A DNA stretch of 64,000 nucleotides from an uncultured Oxalobacteraceae bacterium (lineage in GTDB: Bacteria; Pseudomonadota; Gammaproteobacteria; Burkholderiales; Burkholderiaceae_D): contig CBINHE010000002.1 in the NCBI GenBank assembly GCA_966250375.1, positions 7,961 to 71,960 of the forward strand. The letters are read 5' to 3'. The notes under the pieces are model-generated. The model had not been told where the DNA came from. It was given only the letters and a program-made list of their open reading frames with translations, and searched no databases. This document shows, one piece after another, positions 31,547-41,138 of this stretch. The first letter of the stretch is position 1. Every line of letters begins with the position of its first letter. The translations under genes were made by a program, and so were the position numbers.

Positions 31547-32203
31547 ATGAAGCTTTATAGTTATTTTCGCAGTTCGGCTTCGTATCGGGTGAGGATTGCG
31601 CTCAACCTGAAAGGGCTGGCCTACGAGACGGTGCCTGTTCACCTGACCAAAAACGGCGGCGAACAGTTTTCGCCGGAATATCGCAAGCTCAATCCGGATG
31701 CACTGGTCCCCGCATTGATCGATGACTCAGCAGAGCATAGTGCGCTCTTGACGCAATCGCTGGCCATGATCGAGTATCTGGAGGAGATGTATCCCGAGCC
31801 GCCGCTCCTGCCCAAAGCACCGGCCGACCGCGCCTACGTACGCAGCATCGGATTATCGATCGCGTGTGAAATCCATCCGCTGAATAACTTGCGTGTGCTG
31901 CGCTATCTGGTGCGCGACTTGAAAGTAAGCGAAGACGACAAAGATGTGTGGTATCGCCATTGGTGCGAGCATGGGTTGGCTGCGGTCGAAACGGTGCTTG
32001 CAAATGATAGCCGGGTTGGAAAGTTTTGTTACGGCGACTCACCTACGCTGGCTGATTGCTTATTGATCCCGCAAATTGCGAATGCGCAGCGCTTCAATTG
32101 CAACTTGTCGGCGATGCCTACCATCATGCGTATCAATCAAACCTGTCTCGCCCTTGCGCCATTTGCCAATGCCGCGCCGGCCATGCAACCTGATGCAGAA
32201 TAA
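31547..32203 (+). CDS. maiA: Maleylacetoacetate/maleylpyruvate isomerase (zeta-class GST)
   Basis: MKLYSYFRSSASYRVRIALNLKG zeta-GST signature (SSxSxRVRIAL). Confidence 0.85.
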   Translation: MKLYSYFRSSASYRVRIALNLKGLAYETVPVHLTKNGGEQFSPEYRKLNPDALVPALIDDSAEHSALLTQSLAMIEYLEEMYPEPPLLPKAPADRAYVRSIGLSIACEIHPLNNLRVLRYLVRDLKVSEDDKDVWYRHWCEHGLAAVETVLANDSRVGKFCYGDSPTLADCLLIPQIANAQRFNCNLSAMPTIMRINQTCLALAPFANAAPAMQPDAE

Positions 32204-32276
32204 AATCCATGGCGAATTGATTGTCCTGGATTGTTGAGCCATATCAATGGACTGCAACAGAGCTTGCTTGCTCAGC

Positions 32277-32305
32277 TTGCCAGATTTTTTGTCGGCGCAT
32301 ATACT
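32277..32305 (+). promoter_or_regulatory. Candidate sigma70 promoter of the cobalamin operon
   Basis: TTGCCA - 17 nt - TATACT, about 40 nt upstream of the riboswitch core. Confidence 0.45.
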
Positions 32306-32344
32306 CGCCCGGTAGCATTGCTTCAGGTATTCCACAAACAGTCG

Positions 32345-32540
32345 TTTATGGAATGAAATGGGAAGTCGGTGAGTTTTCTGAATAAGCGAACAAAACCGAC
32401 GCTGCCCCCGCAACGGTAATCGAGTAAAAAGGTTTGCAGTATGCCACTGTGCAATTCAATGCATGGGAAGGCGCAGACCCAGGGAAGCCCCGCAAGGGAA
32501 TCCCGCTCGTAAGCCCGGAGACCAGCCTGAAGCCATCGTA
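32345..32540 (+). promoter_or_regulatory. Cobalamin (AdoCbl) riboswitch
   Basis: GGGAAgtcGGTG...GCTGCCCCCGCAACGGTAA...GCCACTG...GGGAAGGC and B12 box AGCCCGGAGACCAGCCT (32512-32528). Located 5' of cbtB. Confidence 0.85.
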
Positions 32541-32717
32541 GAGTTTGTATCGCGGAGGGCGATTCAGACGGATTGCTATGCTACGCACCCGTCTTTTACT
32601 TCCTTCTTCCATGCAGGCTTGTTCACGCGTTTTGCGCGGTGATCGGCAATGGAGACGTCATCTCATTCCTGTTGTCATCGTGCCTTGAGTACTCTCTTCT
32701 TTCAGGAGGAATATCAC

Positions 32718-32915
32718 ATGTCGTCAATACCTGGTTTGCTCGATAACGTTGATTCACAGTCCCATTCGGCCACGTGGAAAGACAAAATACTGCCGGTAAT
32801 GCTTGCTACAAGCCTTGGGCTGGTGCTGCTTTATGGCGCGGCTTTCGCCGAGACGGCGGCGTTGCATAATGCCGCACATGATGGCCGTCATTCTGCCGGT
32901 TTTCCGTGCCACTGA
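32718..32915 (+). CDS. cbtB: Cobalt transporter subunit CbtB
   Basis: 65 aa, one TM segment, C-terminal HNAAHDGRHSAGFPCH signature. AGGAGGA ribosome-binding site before ATG 32718. Confidence 0.85.
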   Translation: MSSIPGLLDNVDSQSHSATWKDKILPVMLATSLGLVLLYGAAFAETAALHNAAHDGRHSAGFPCH

Positions 32916-32920
32916 CCCGC

Positions 32921-33646
32921 ATGGCAGGGATGTTTAATCTGGCGACATTCAGGCGGATTGTGTCCGCAGCGGCATTGGCGGGTATGTTGGCGGGCTTGTT
33001 GTTGACCGTTGTTCAGCAACTTCAGGTGAGCCAGATCATACTCAAGGCTGAAGTGTATGAGAACGCAGCGGCTGCCTCGCAACCTGCCCATGTCCATGCT
33101 TCTGTCGAGCAGGAGCATCACGAACATGAGCATCACGAGCATGAGGTCTGGCAACCTGCCAACGGTGTAGAGCGGACTTTGTTCACGGCCTTGGCGAATA
33201 TCAGTCTGGCCGTTGGCTTCGGTTTGCTGCTGGGAGCCGCCATCTGTCTGCGTGGTGAAGTCAGCGGATGGCGTGCCGGGCTGTTGTGGGGCGTGGCAGG
33301 GTACACGGTTTTTTTTGTGGCCCCTTCCTTGGGTTTATCCCCGGAAGTTCCTGGCACCGAAGCGGCTCCACTGGCTGACCGACAACTATGGTGGCTCATC
33401 ACTGTGGGCATGACGGCAAGTGGACTATCACTGCTGATTTTTGCTCGAACCTGGCAGGTCAAAATACTGGGAGCAATCTTGCTCGGCGTTCCACACCTGA
33501 TCGGTGCGCCGCAGCTGCAAGTTCACACTAACGCACCGCCTGTCGAATTGGCCCGCGCTTTCATCTATGCCACGGCTATTGCCAATGCGGTGTTCTGGCT
33601 CGCGCTTGGCAGTTTGATGGGATTCTTTTACAAGAAATTCGCCTAG
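32921..33646 (+). CDS. cbtA: Cobalt transporter subunit CbtA
   Basis: Polytopic protein with His-rich loop EQEHHEHEHHEHE. Follows cbtB. The start is uncertain (GTG 32906, ATG 32921 or ATG 32930). Stop TAG 33644-33646 lies inside the repeat terminus. Confidence 0.85.
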   Translation: MAGMFNLATFRRIVSAAALAGMLAGLLLTVVQQLQVSQIILKAEVYENAAAASQPAHVHASVEQEHHEHEHHEHEVWQPANGVERTLFTALANISLAVGFGLLLGAAICLRGEVSGWRAGLLWGVAGYTVFFVAPSLGLSPEVPGTEAAPLADRQLWWLITVGMTASGLSLLIFARTWQVKILGAILLGVPHLIGAPQLQVHTNAPPVELARAFIYATAIANAVFWLALGSLMGFFYKKFA

Positions 33647-33881
33647 TGGTCAGTCAGGTTGAAACGGCGGGAAAGAAATCGATGGATTTTTTCGTCTGGC
33701 AAGGGTGTAGCAGGGGTTTCGCGCAGCATGCTGCGCGCCTGCGGAACAGTATCGGCTTGCAAGCCGATACGCGCCCTGCAAGGGCGAGGAGGCGCATAGC
33801 GAGCTATGCAACGACGAGCAACGCAGCCAGGCGGAAAAAGACGCGATTTATTCCCGTCGTTTCAGCCTGACTGACCACTAG
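33643..33881. mobile_element. MITE-like hairpin repeat, copy B1 (239 bp)
   Basis: 31-nt terminal inverted repeats (33643-33673 / 33851-33881, 2 mismatches). About 174-nt core that is about 88% identical (hand alignment) to the reverse complement of 55236-55411. Confidence 0.7.
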
Positions 33882-33980
33882 TCATCGTACTTGGCAGGGA
33901 GGGGCGTGGGGGCGTTACACGGGCAGTTTACGTGGCTCCATTCGCTTAAGTTGATCGCTCCGGCGTGAATAAAAAATATT

Positions 33981-34319
33981 ATGAGAACTCACACCAGACA
34001 CGTATTCATGTGCGTCGGCCCGCGCTGCACCGAAGATGGCATAAAGGCGCAAGCCATGTTCGAATTGATGGGAGAGAAGATCGATGCCCGTCCAGAGCTG
34101 CGGATCAAACGCACCAGAACCCATTGCATGGTCGCATGCCGGAATCAAGGGCCGATTCTCGTGGTGTATCCCGAAGGCGTATGGTATCGCTGCGATAACG
34201 AAACAGCATTGGAGCGGATCGTCGTCGAACATCTGGTCGGTGGGCGTGAAGTGGGCGAATTGATTTTCCATCGTCTGGGTGAAGGCGACATCTGCGCAGT
34301 GGAAAACGGCGATGCGTGA
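33981..34319 (+). CDS. Thioredoxin-like [2Fe-2S] ferredoxin-domain protein
   Basis: Cys pattern CVGPRC...C..C(R)NQGP, then VVYPEGVWY. Stop overlaps the cobN start (ATGCGTGA). No obvious SD, so the start is uncertain. Confidence 0.7.
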   Translation: MRTHTRHVFMCVGPRCTEDGIKAQAMFELMGEKIDARPELRIKRTRTHCMVACRNQGPILVVYPEGVWYRCDNETALERIVVEHLVGGREVGELIFHRLGEGDICAVENGDA

Positions 34320-37300
34320 AATGAACGCGGCGGGTGCGCGCATCGCGCTGTTGACGCATGCCCCGAATGACCTGACGGTGCTGCACAGCGCGCTGGCCCA
34401 ACTGCCGCAAGAATTCCCGCCGGTGACCGGCGTCAACCTGCAGGCACTTGAAAGTGAAGTGCAGATGGCGGCGCTGCTGGCACATGAACTCGCTGCGGCC
34501 CGGATCATCATCTTGCGCGTATTGGGACGCCTCGGCAGCGTGCCGGGTTTTGCCGAGTTAATAGGCCAAGCCCGGAAGCAGGGACGGCATTTGATCGTCA
34601 TCAGCGGTACCGGAGAACCCGATCCGGAATTGGTGGCGGTGTCCACCGTTTCCTCCGGCGTGCTGCAGCAGGCTCTGACCTATTTTCAGGCCGGCGGCAG
34701 CATCAATCTGGCACAACTGTTGCGCTATTTGTCCGACCATCTTTTGCTGACCGGCTTCGGCTTCGAGCCGGCGCTGGCTTTGCCCGAGCATGGACTGTAT
34801 CACCCCGACTTGCCCCAAGGCGCCGGCATCGACGACTGGCTGGATCAGCGCGTGCCGCAGCAGCCGAGTGTCGGTATCGTTTTCTACCGGGCTCACTGGA
34901 TGAGCGGCAATACGCGCTTCGTTGATGCGCTGGTTGATGCACTGGAAAAGCGCGGCATGAATGTGCTGCCGGTATTCACCTCGTCACTCCGTGCCGGAGG
35001 CGATGGCGGCGCGCAATTGCCGACGGCGCTGCGCCATTTCAGCGAGGAAGTCAACGGCAAAACGCGCGCGCTTATCGATGTGCTTATCAACACGACTTCG
35101 TTTGCCATGGGTGAAATCACGCCTGGCGGGCCGACCCCGGCAGGCTGGTCAGTCGGTGTGCTGGAGCGACTCAATGTGCCGGTGCTGCAAGCCATGACCA
35201 GCGGCATGATGCTGGGGCAGTGGCAGCAATCGGCGCGCGGCATGAACCCGCTCGACGCCGCGATGAACGTGGTGTTGCCGGAGTTCGACGGGCGCATCAT
35301 CACCGTCCCTGTGTCGTTCAAGACGCGGGCCGCCGGCATGTCTAACGAGACGGTCGAATACGAGCCGCTGTCCGATCGCGTGGCGCGCGTGGCAGGTCTC
35401 GCGGCGCGTTTCGCGCGGCTGAAACGGCTGCCCAATGCGGACAAGCGCGTGGCCTTTATTTTTACCAATTCCAACAGCAAGGCATCGCAAATCGGCAATG
35501 CAGTTGGCCTCGACGCGCCGGCATCGCTGATGCGCATCCTGTGCGCGATGCGCGACGCCGGTTATCGCATCGACCAGTTGCCCGAAGACGGCACCGCGCT
35601 GATTCATGCGTTGATTGACCGCTGCGCCTACGACAATACCTGGCTTAGCGCCGAGCAGTTGACGCACGCGGTCGGACGCGTGCCGGCGGCGCAGTACGCG
35701 GCGTGGTTTGACGATTTGCCGCTGGAGATGCAGGAGAAAATGGCGGCGCAATGGGGGCCGCCGCCGGGCGTAGCCTATGTGCATGATGATCATCTGGCGC
35801 TGGCTGGCATTGAGCTGGGCAATGCCTTCGTTGCGCTGCAACCACCGCGCGGTTACGGCATGGACCCGGATGCGATCTATCACCAGCCCGATCTGCCGCC
35901 GACCCACCATTATTACGCGCTATATCGCTGGTTACGGGATGAGTGGCGCGCTGACGCCATCGTTCATGTCGGCAAGCACGGCACGCTCGAATGGCTGCCA
36001 GGCAAGGGCGTGGGCCTGTCGGGAAACTGTTTTCCGGATGCGCTGCTGGCGGATATGCCTCTGTTTTATCCCTTCATCATCAATGACCCTGGCGAGGGTG
36101 CGCAGGCCAAGCGCCGCGCCCATGCCGTCGTCGTCGATCACCTGACGCCGCCGATGACCACCGCCGACACCTATGGCGCGCTGGCCCAGTTGACTCAACT
36201 GGTGGACGAGTACTATCAGGTGGAAGTGCTCGATCCGGCCAAGCTGCCGTTGTTGCAGCAGCAGATATGGGAGCTGGTGAAGGAGACCAATCTGGATGCG
36301 GATCTGCAGGCCAGACTGCTGCATCATGACCATGATCACCATGATCATCACGACCACCACGATCATGACCACGATGATCACGCCCATTTCCATGGCCACG
36401 ATCACAAACACGATCACGATCATCAGCATGGCCACGACCACGACGATCATGACCATGACGACGAAATTCCCGCCGCACTGGCAAACATGGACGGAGCCGA
36501 TGTCGCCCATCTGATCGAGGATCTCGACGGTTATTTGTGCGAGTTAGGCGCGGCGCAGATCCGCGACGGCTTGCACATTCTTGGCCAAGCGCCCGAAAAC
36601 GAGCAACTGGTTGACATGCTGGTGTCCCTTACGCGTCTGCCGAATCAGGATATCCCTGGTTTGCAGGCGGAAGTAGCCCGGCTGTTCGGGTTGAAAATCG
36701 ACATGCTGCTGGAGCACAAGGGCCGTCGTTTGAATGTTGTCAGTGCTCTGGCTCGCCTGGCTGAACGACCGGTCGTGACACGAGCCGATGCGCTGGAGGC
36801 GATCGATGTGTTGTGCCGCAAACTGTTCGTCGAACTGCATGCGCGCGGTCATCTTGCATCATGTATAGACGAGGTGCTGGATCTGGTTTTTGGCGGACTT
36901 GACGCCGATGGTAGTGCAGTCAACCAGCCGCTTTTACAACCTGCGCTTCGTGCGCGCAGTAGCGTATTTTCGCAAGTGAAAAAGCCGCGTGTACAAGAGA
37001 GTGCCGTCCGCACGATGCCGGTCAAGGCCGTCCATCAAGATGCGTCGGCAGATACCGAAATTTGCTATGACGGTTTGCGTCGCATACTCGGTTTTGCCTG
37101 CCGCGAGCTGGCGCCGAATCTGGCGCGCGCTTCGGACGAGATTGACAACCTGTTGAGCGGGCTGGCCGGCGGTTATGTGCCGGCGGGACCGAGCGGCTCG
37201 CCGACGCGCGGCATGGCGCATATCCTGCCGACCGGGCGCAATTTCTACTCGGTCGATCCGCGCAGCGTGCCGTCGCAGTCGGCCTGGCGCGTCGGATCGC

Positions 37301-38514
37301 AATTGTCGCATGAAGTGCTGGCGCGCCATGTGCGCGAAACCGACGACTATCCGGAAAGCGTCGCCATCAGTATCTGGGGCACCAGCGCGATGCGCACGCA
37401 TGGCGATGACGTGGCGCAGATTCTGGCGCTGCTCGGTGTGCGTCCGGTGTGGCGGCCGGAAAATAGACAACTGACCGGCGTCGAAGTGATTCCGCTTGCG
37501 GAACTGAAACGCCCGCGCATCGATGTAACAACGCGCATCAGCGGCTTTTTCCGCGATGCATTCCCGCAATTGATCGATTTGATCGATGACGCGGTCAATG
37601 CCGTCATCAAGTTGGACGAGCCGCTGTCGCAAAATTTCGTGCGCAAGCATTATCTCGCCGAATTGGGCGAATGGATCGGGAAGGGATTGCCGCAAGATGA
37701 GGCATCCCGTCGCGCCGGTTATCGCATCTTCGGCGCCAAGCCTGGCAGTTACGGTGCCGGCATTCTGCCGTTGATCCAGGAAAAGAATTGGCAAGCCGAT
37801 GCCGACTTCGCCGAGGCCTATGTCAACTGGGGCGGCTATGCGTATGCGCGCAATACGCAAGGCGTGGACGAACGCGATGCGTTCCGGGTACGCCTGTCGG
37901 GCGTACAGGTGGCGCTGCACAACCAGGACAATCGCGAGCACGACATTTTCGACAGCGATGATTACTTGCAATTCCACGGCGGCATGATCGCCACCATCCG
38001 TGCCCTGACCGGGCAGCAGCCCCGTCACTATTTCGGCGACAGCCATGATCCGGCGCGGGCTCAGGTGCGCGATCTCAAGGAAGAGACCTTACGGGTATTC
38101 CGCTCGCGCGTCGTCAATCCCAAGTGGCTGACAAGTATTCAGCGTCACGGTTACAAGGGTGGACTGGAATTGACGGCGACGGTTGATTACCTGTTCGGTT
38201 ACGACGCCACCGCCCAGGTGATGGACGACTGGATGTACGAGCAAGTGGCAAGTACCTATGCGTTCGATCCCGAGATGCAGCGCTTTCTGCAGGAAGCCAA
38301 TCCGTGGGCGCAGAACGCGATCGCCGAACGCTTGCTGGAAGCGGCCAGCCGCGGCATGTGGGCCGAGCCGCAGCCGCAGACGCTGGAGGCGCTGCGTGCG
38401 CTGTATCTACGCAGTGAAACCTTGCTAGAGGCGCGCGGCGAGACACCGCGCAATGCATCTCTGCCCAGTTGGGGACAGAGTACCGCTTCGCTTAACTCTT
38501 TCCCGCAAGATTGA
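34312..38514 (+). CDS. cobN: Cobaltochelatase large subunit CobN (with His/Asp-rich insert)
   Basis: About 1400 aa. CobN/Mg-chelatase H family blocks throughout (e.g. [51 protein letters not shown]). Confidence 0.95.
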   Translation: MREMNAAGARIALLTHAPNDLTVLHSALAQLPQEFPPVTGVNLQALESEVQMAALLAHELAAARIIILRVLGRLGSVPGFAELIGQARKQGRHLIVISGTGEPDPELVAVSTVSSGVLQQALTYFQAGGSINLAQLLRYLSDHLLLTGFGFEPALALPEHGLYHPDLPQGAGIDDWLDQRVPQQPSVGIVFYRAHWMSGNTRFVDALVDALEKRGMNVLPVFTSSLRAGGDGGAQLPTALRHFSEEVNGKTRALIDVLINTTSFAMGEITPGGPTPAGWSVGVLERLNVPVLQAMTSGMMLGQWQQSARGMNPLDAAMNVVLPEFDGRIITVPVSFKTRAAGMSNETVEYEPLSDRVARVAGLAARFARLKRLPNADKRVAFIFTNSNSKASQIGNAVGLDAPASLMRILCAMRDAGYRIDQLPEDGTALIHALIDRCAYDNTWLSAEQLTHAVGRVPAAQYAAWFDDLPLEMQEKMAAQWGPPPGVAYVHDDHLALAGIELGNAFVALQPPRGYGMDPDAIYHQPDLPPTHHYYALYRWLRDEWRADAIVHVGKHGTLEWLPGKGVGLSGNCFPDALLADMPLFYPFIINDPGEGAQAKRRAHAVVVDHLTPPMTTADTYGALAQLTQLVDEYYQVEVLDPAKLPLLQQQIWELVKETNLDADLQARLLHHDHDHHDHHDHHDHDHDDHAHFHGHDHKHDHDHQHGHDHDDHDHDDEIPAALANMDGADVAHLIEDLDGYLCELGAAQIRDGLHILGQAPENEQLVDMLVSLTRLPNQDIPGLQAEVARLFGLKIDMLLEHKGRRLNVVSALARLAERPVVTRADALEAIDVLCRKLFVELHARGHLASCIDEVLDLVFGGLDADGSAVNQPLLQPALRARSSVFSQVKKPRVQESAVRTMPVKAVHQDASADTEICYDGLRRILGFACRELAPNLARASDEIDNLLSGLAGGYVPAGPSGSPTRGMAHILPTGRNFYSVDPRSVPSQSAWRVGSQLSHEVLARHVRETDDYPESVAISIWGTSAMRTHGDDVAQILALLGVRPVWRPENRQLTGVEVIPLAELKRPRIDVTTRISGFFRDAFPQLIDLIDDAVNAVIKLDEPLSQNFVRKHYLAELGEWIGKGLPQDEASRRAGYRIFGAKPGSYGAGILPLIQEKNWQADADFAEAYVNWGGYAYARNTQGVDERDAFRVRLSGVQVALHNQDNREHDIFDSDDYLQFHGGMIATIRALTGQQPRHYFGDSHDPARAQVRDLKEETLRVFRSRVVNPKWLTSIQRHGYKGGLELTATVDYLFGYDATAQVMDDWMYEQVASTYAFDPEMQRFLQEANPWAQNAIAERLLEAASRGMWAEPQPQTLEALRALYLRSETLLEARGETPRNASLPSWGQSTASLNSFPQD
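36322..36465 (+). repeat. CAY/GAY codon repeat encoding a 48-aa His/Asp tract within cobN
   Basis: [48 protein letters not shown] (24 His and 17 Asp by hand count). Confidence 0.9.
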
Positions 38515-38519
38515 CGACT

Positions 38520-40424
38520 ATGAATTTTCCATTTTCCGCCATCGTCGGACAGCCGCAGTTGAAATCCGCGCTGCTGCTTTGCGCGGTCGATCCGACGCTG
38601 GGTGGCGTGCTGATTCGGGGCGACAAGGGAACGGCCAAAAGCACGGCGGCGCGGGCGTTGACAGATATCCTGCCGCTGATTGAACGTGTCGCCGGCTGTG
38701 CGTTCAACTGTTCGCCCGGCACGCCCTGTGGACATTGCGAGATCTGTAGCGACGCGAGTGCGACGGCGCAGGTTGCTACGGTGCCTTTTGTCACGCTGCC
38801 GCTCGGTGCGACCGAGGATCGAGTGCTCGGCACCCTCGATCTGGAGCGCGCGCTGCAGGGCGCCAAGCGTGCTTTTCAACCCGGCTTGCTGGCGGCAGCG
38901 CACCGCGGCATTCTCTACATCGATGAAGTTAACCTGTTGCCCGATCACCTGGTGGATGTCCTGCTGGACGTGGCAGCGATGGGTATTAACTCCGTGCAGC
39001 GCGAAGGCTTGTCGATCACGCATCCGGCACGCTTCACGCTGATCGGCACGATGAATCTGGAAGAGGGCGACTTGCGCCCGCAACTGCTCGACCGCTTCGG
39101 CCTGATGGTCGAAGTGACGGCGCCGCGTGAAAAAGCCTTGCGCGCCGAGGTGGTGCGCCGCCGTATCGCATTCGAGGCAAATCCTGCCGGTTACGCCACC
39201 GGCTGGGATCAGCAGCAGGATGCGCTACGTCACCAGCTTGCCACCGCGCAGCGCTTGTTGCCGGAGGTGGTGCTGGATGATGCGTTGCTCGACCTGATCA
39301 GTCATCTGTGCTGCGAATTCGACGTCGCCAGCCTGCGTGCCGACATCGTGATGCACAAGGCATCGCGCGCATTGGCGGCACTTGAGGGGCGGATGCGGGT
39401 GACGCCTGAAGACGTGCGTTGCGCGGCGGAATTGGTGCTGCCGCATCGCCGCCGCCGCAAACCGTTCGAACAGCCGGGCCTGGATCGCGAGCGTCTCGAC
39501 GAATTGATGCAGCAAGCCGCTCAGCCACCGGAATCGAACGATGAATCAAATGCTGCCTCACAGGACGAAGGCGCAGAGAATGCGGAGGGCGACGCTGGAC
39601 AGGAGAATCAGCAACAGGTGTTCGCTGCCGCATCCACCGGCACCGCGCGCCGGCTCGCGGTCGATGCCGCCTCGGCTCGCAGCACTGTGGGCCGGCGCAG
39701 CGAGGCACTGGATGCGTCGCGTGGCCGCGTGGTGCGCGCAGTCCAGCATGACAATCCGAGCAGCCTTGCGGTCGGTGCGACACTGCGTAGCGCAGCGCTG
39801 CGCGATCCGAAGGAATTTCAAGTAACTAAAAGCGATCTGCACCAGCAGATTCGCATCGGCAAGAGCGCCAACCTCATCCTGTTCGTGGTGGATGCCTCCG
39901 GCTCCATGGCGGCGCAGCGGCGCATGGAAGCGGTCAAGGGGGCGGTACTGGCGCTGCTGACCGATGCCTACCAGCGGCGCGACGAAGTGGCTGTCATCTC
40001 CTTTCGCGGCGAAGCGGCGGCGCTGCTGCTGGCGCCCACTCGCAGCGTCGATCGCGCCGAGCAGGGATTGCGCGAGCTGCCCACCGGTGGCCGCACGCCA
40101 TTGCCGCACGCGCTGCAGTTGGCGTTGCAAACCCTGGAGCAGGCGGGTGCAAGCAGCGCACCGCCGCTGCTGGTCTTGCTGAGCGACGGCAGGGCGAACG
40201 TTGCATTAAGCGATGGCGGCGACCCATGGCGCGAGACGCTGGCGCTGGCGGAGCTGCTGGCCGGACGCGGTGTGCCGGCATTGGTGCTCGATACCGAAAG
40301 CGGTTACCTGCGTCTGGGCCGGGCTGGACAACTGGCGCAAGCGCTGGGTGCCGAATGCCTGACGCTGGAGCAGTTATCGGTAGAGAACTTGGCGCTCACG
40401 ATACGTGGTCGCATGAAATTTTAA
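38520..40424 (+). CDS. Fused ChlI-like AAA+ / ChlD-like vWA chelatase subunit (ChlID type)
   Basis: N-terminus FPFSAIVGQ, GDKGTAKST Walker A, LYIDEVNLL Walker B. Acidic linker (ESNDESNAASQDEGAENAEGD). C-terminal vWA domain (LILFVVDASGSM). TTG 38511 or ATG 38520 start, overlapping or abutting the cobN stop. Confidence 0.88.
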   Translation: MNFPFSAIVGQPQLKSALLLCAVDPTLGGVLIRGDKGTAKSTAARALTDILPLIERVAGCAFNCSPGTPCGHCEICSDASATAQVATVPFVTLPLGATEDRVLGTLDLERALQGAKRAFQPGLLAAAHRGILYIDEVNLLPDHLVDVLLDVAAMGINSVQREGLSITHPARFTLIGTMNLEEGDLRPQLLDRFGLMVEVTAPREKALRAEVVRRRIAFEANPAGYATGWDQQQDALRHQLATAQRLLPEVVLDDALLDLISHLCCEFDVASLRADIVMHKASRALAALEGRMRVTPEDVRCAAELVLPHRRRRKPFEQPGLDRERLDELMQQAAQPPESNDESNAASQDEGAENAEGDAGQENQQQVFAAASTGTARRLAVDAASARSTVGRRSEALDASRGRVVRAVQHDNPSSLAVGATLRSAALRDPKEFQVTKSDLHQQIRIGKSANLILFVVDASGSMAAQRRMEAVKGAVLALLTDAYQRRDEVAVISFRGEAAALLLAPTRSVDRAEQGLRELPTGGRTPLPHALQLALQTLEQAGASSAPPLLVLLSDGRANVALSDGGDPWRETLALAELLAGRGVPALVLDTESGYLRLGRAGQLAQALGAECLTLEQLSVENLALTIRGRMKF

Positions 40425-40433
40425 GGAGTAGTG

Positions 40434-41138
40434 ATGATCATCTGTATCGGTGCAGGGCCGGGCGACGTTGGTTACTTGACGCAGCGCGGGGCGGAATTGA
40501 TCCGCGATGCCGACGTGGTAGCCGGATTCGATGCGGTAGTGAATGTCGTGCGCAGCTTGATCGCGCCGGCAGCAGAAGTGGTGACGATGGGTTATCGCGA
40601 TCAGGTCGAAAAACTGGCGCAGGTGGCGTTGGCGCACCATGCCGGCAAGCGTTGCGTCGTGGTATTCATGGGTGATATTCACTTCAGCGGCTTCCAGTAC
40701 CTGGAGCGGGTCGAGCGCGCGTGCGGTCACGCGGTAGAAACGCTGCCGGGAATATCCTCCGCGCAAATTCTCGCGTCGCGTGCCAAAGTATGTTTCGACG
40801 AAACCACGTTCATCACTTTTCACCGTCGTGGCGATCTCGGTCCTTTCAAACGTCATCTGGTGCATGTGCTGCAAGACGAGCGCAATGCGATCGTGATCCC
40901 GTGCCCGTGGGACGCGGCACGCTCCTTCATGCCACGCCACATCGCCGCTTACCTGCTGGAGAATGGCGTGTCGCCTGAGCATCCAACCGAAGTGTGGGAG
41001 AACCTGACGCGCGGCGAAGCAGAATGGCATGGCACGCTTGCCGAATGCGTCGATCGCGATTTTACAGACATGAGCATCATGCTGATCCGTACGCGCAAGC
41101 CAATGGACAGCCAGATCGAGCCGCCGGAGGGCAAATGA
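40434..41138 (+). CDS. cbiE: Tetrapyrrole methylase, CbiE-like (precorrin-6Y / cobalt-precorrin-7 C5-methyltransferase)
   Basis: [11 protein letters not shown]...ADVVAG...PGISSAQ methylase fold, about 235 aa. No fused CbiT/CobL C-terminal half. The subfamily assignment is tentative. Confidence 0.6.
   Translation: MIICIGAGPGDVGYLTQRGAELIRDADVVAGFDAVVNVVRSLIAPAAEVVTMGYRDQVEKLAQVALAHHAGKRCVVVFMGDIHFSGFQYLERVERACGHAVETLPGISSAQILASRAKVCFDETTFITFHRRGDLGPFKRHLVHVLQDERNAIVIPCPWDAARSFMPRHIAAYLLENGVSPEHPTEVWENLTRGEAEWHGTLAECVDRDFTDMSIMLIRTRKPMDSQIEPPEGK

Noticed and set aside
32204-32344. Search for a direct repeat of the tRNA-Arg 3' end (attachment scar) at the left edge of the cob block.
   Set aside because: I could not find any match to the tRNA 3' half (…GGTTCGATTCCTGTCGGCGGGACCA) in this interval, so the island hypothesis rests on composition only.
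33646-33870. ORF of 74 aa (MVSQVETAGKKSMDFFVWQGCSRGF...). A similar peptide is encoded at 55205-55456 on the minus strand (…MDFFGWQGCSREF...).
   Set aside because: Both lie entirely within the hairpin repeats. Differences between the copies are compensatory stem changes, not synonymous or codon-structured changes. There is no ribosome-binding site. The peptide similarity follows from nucleotide conservation.
36322-36465. Short periodic DNA repeat that might suggest a CRISPR array or satellite.
   Set aside because: The period is 3-6 nt, there are no spacers, and it is in frame within cobN. It is a coding low-complexity tract.
35932-36514. ORFs rich in M/I/V/T (minus 35932-36510, plus 36296-36514) across the cobN His/Asp tract.
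   Set aside because: They are alternative-frame and antisense readings of the CAY/GAY repeat. CobN reads continuously through the region.
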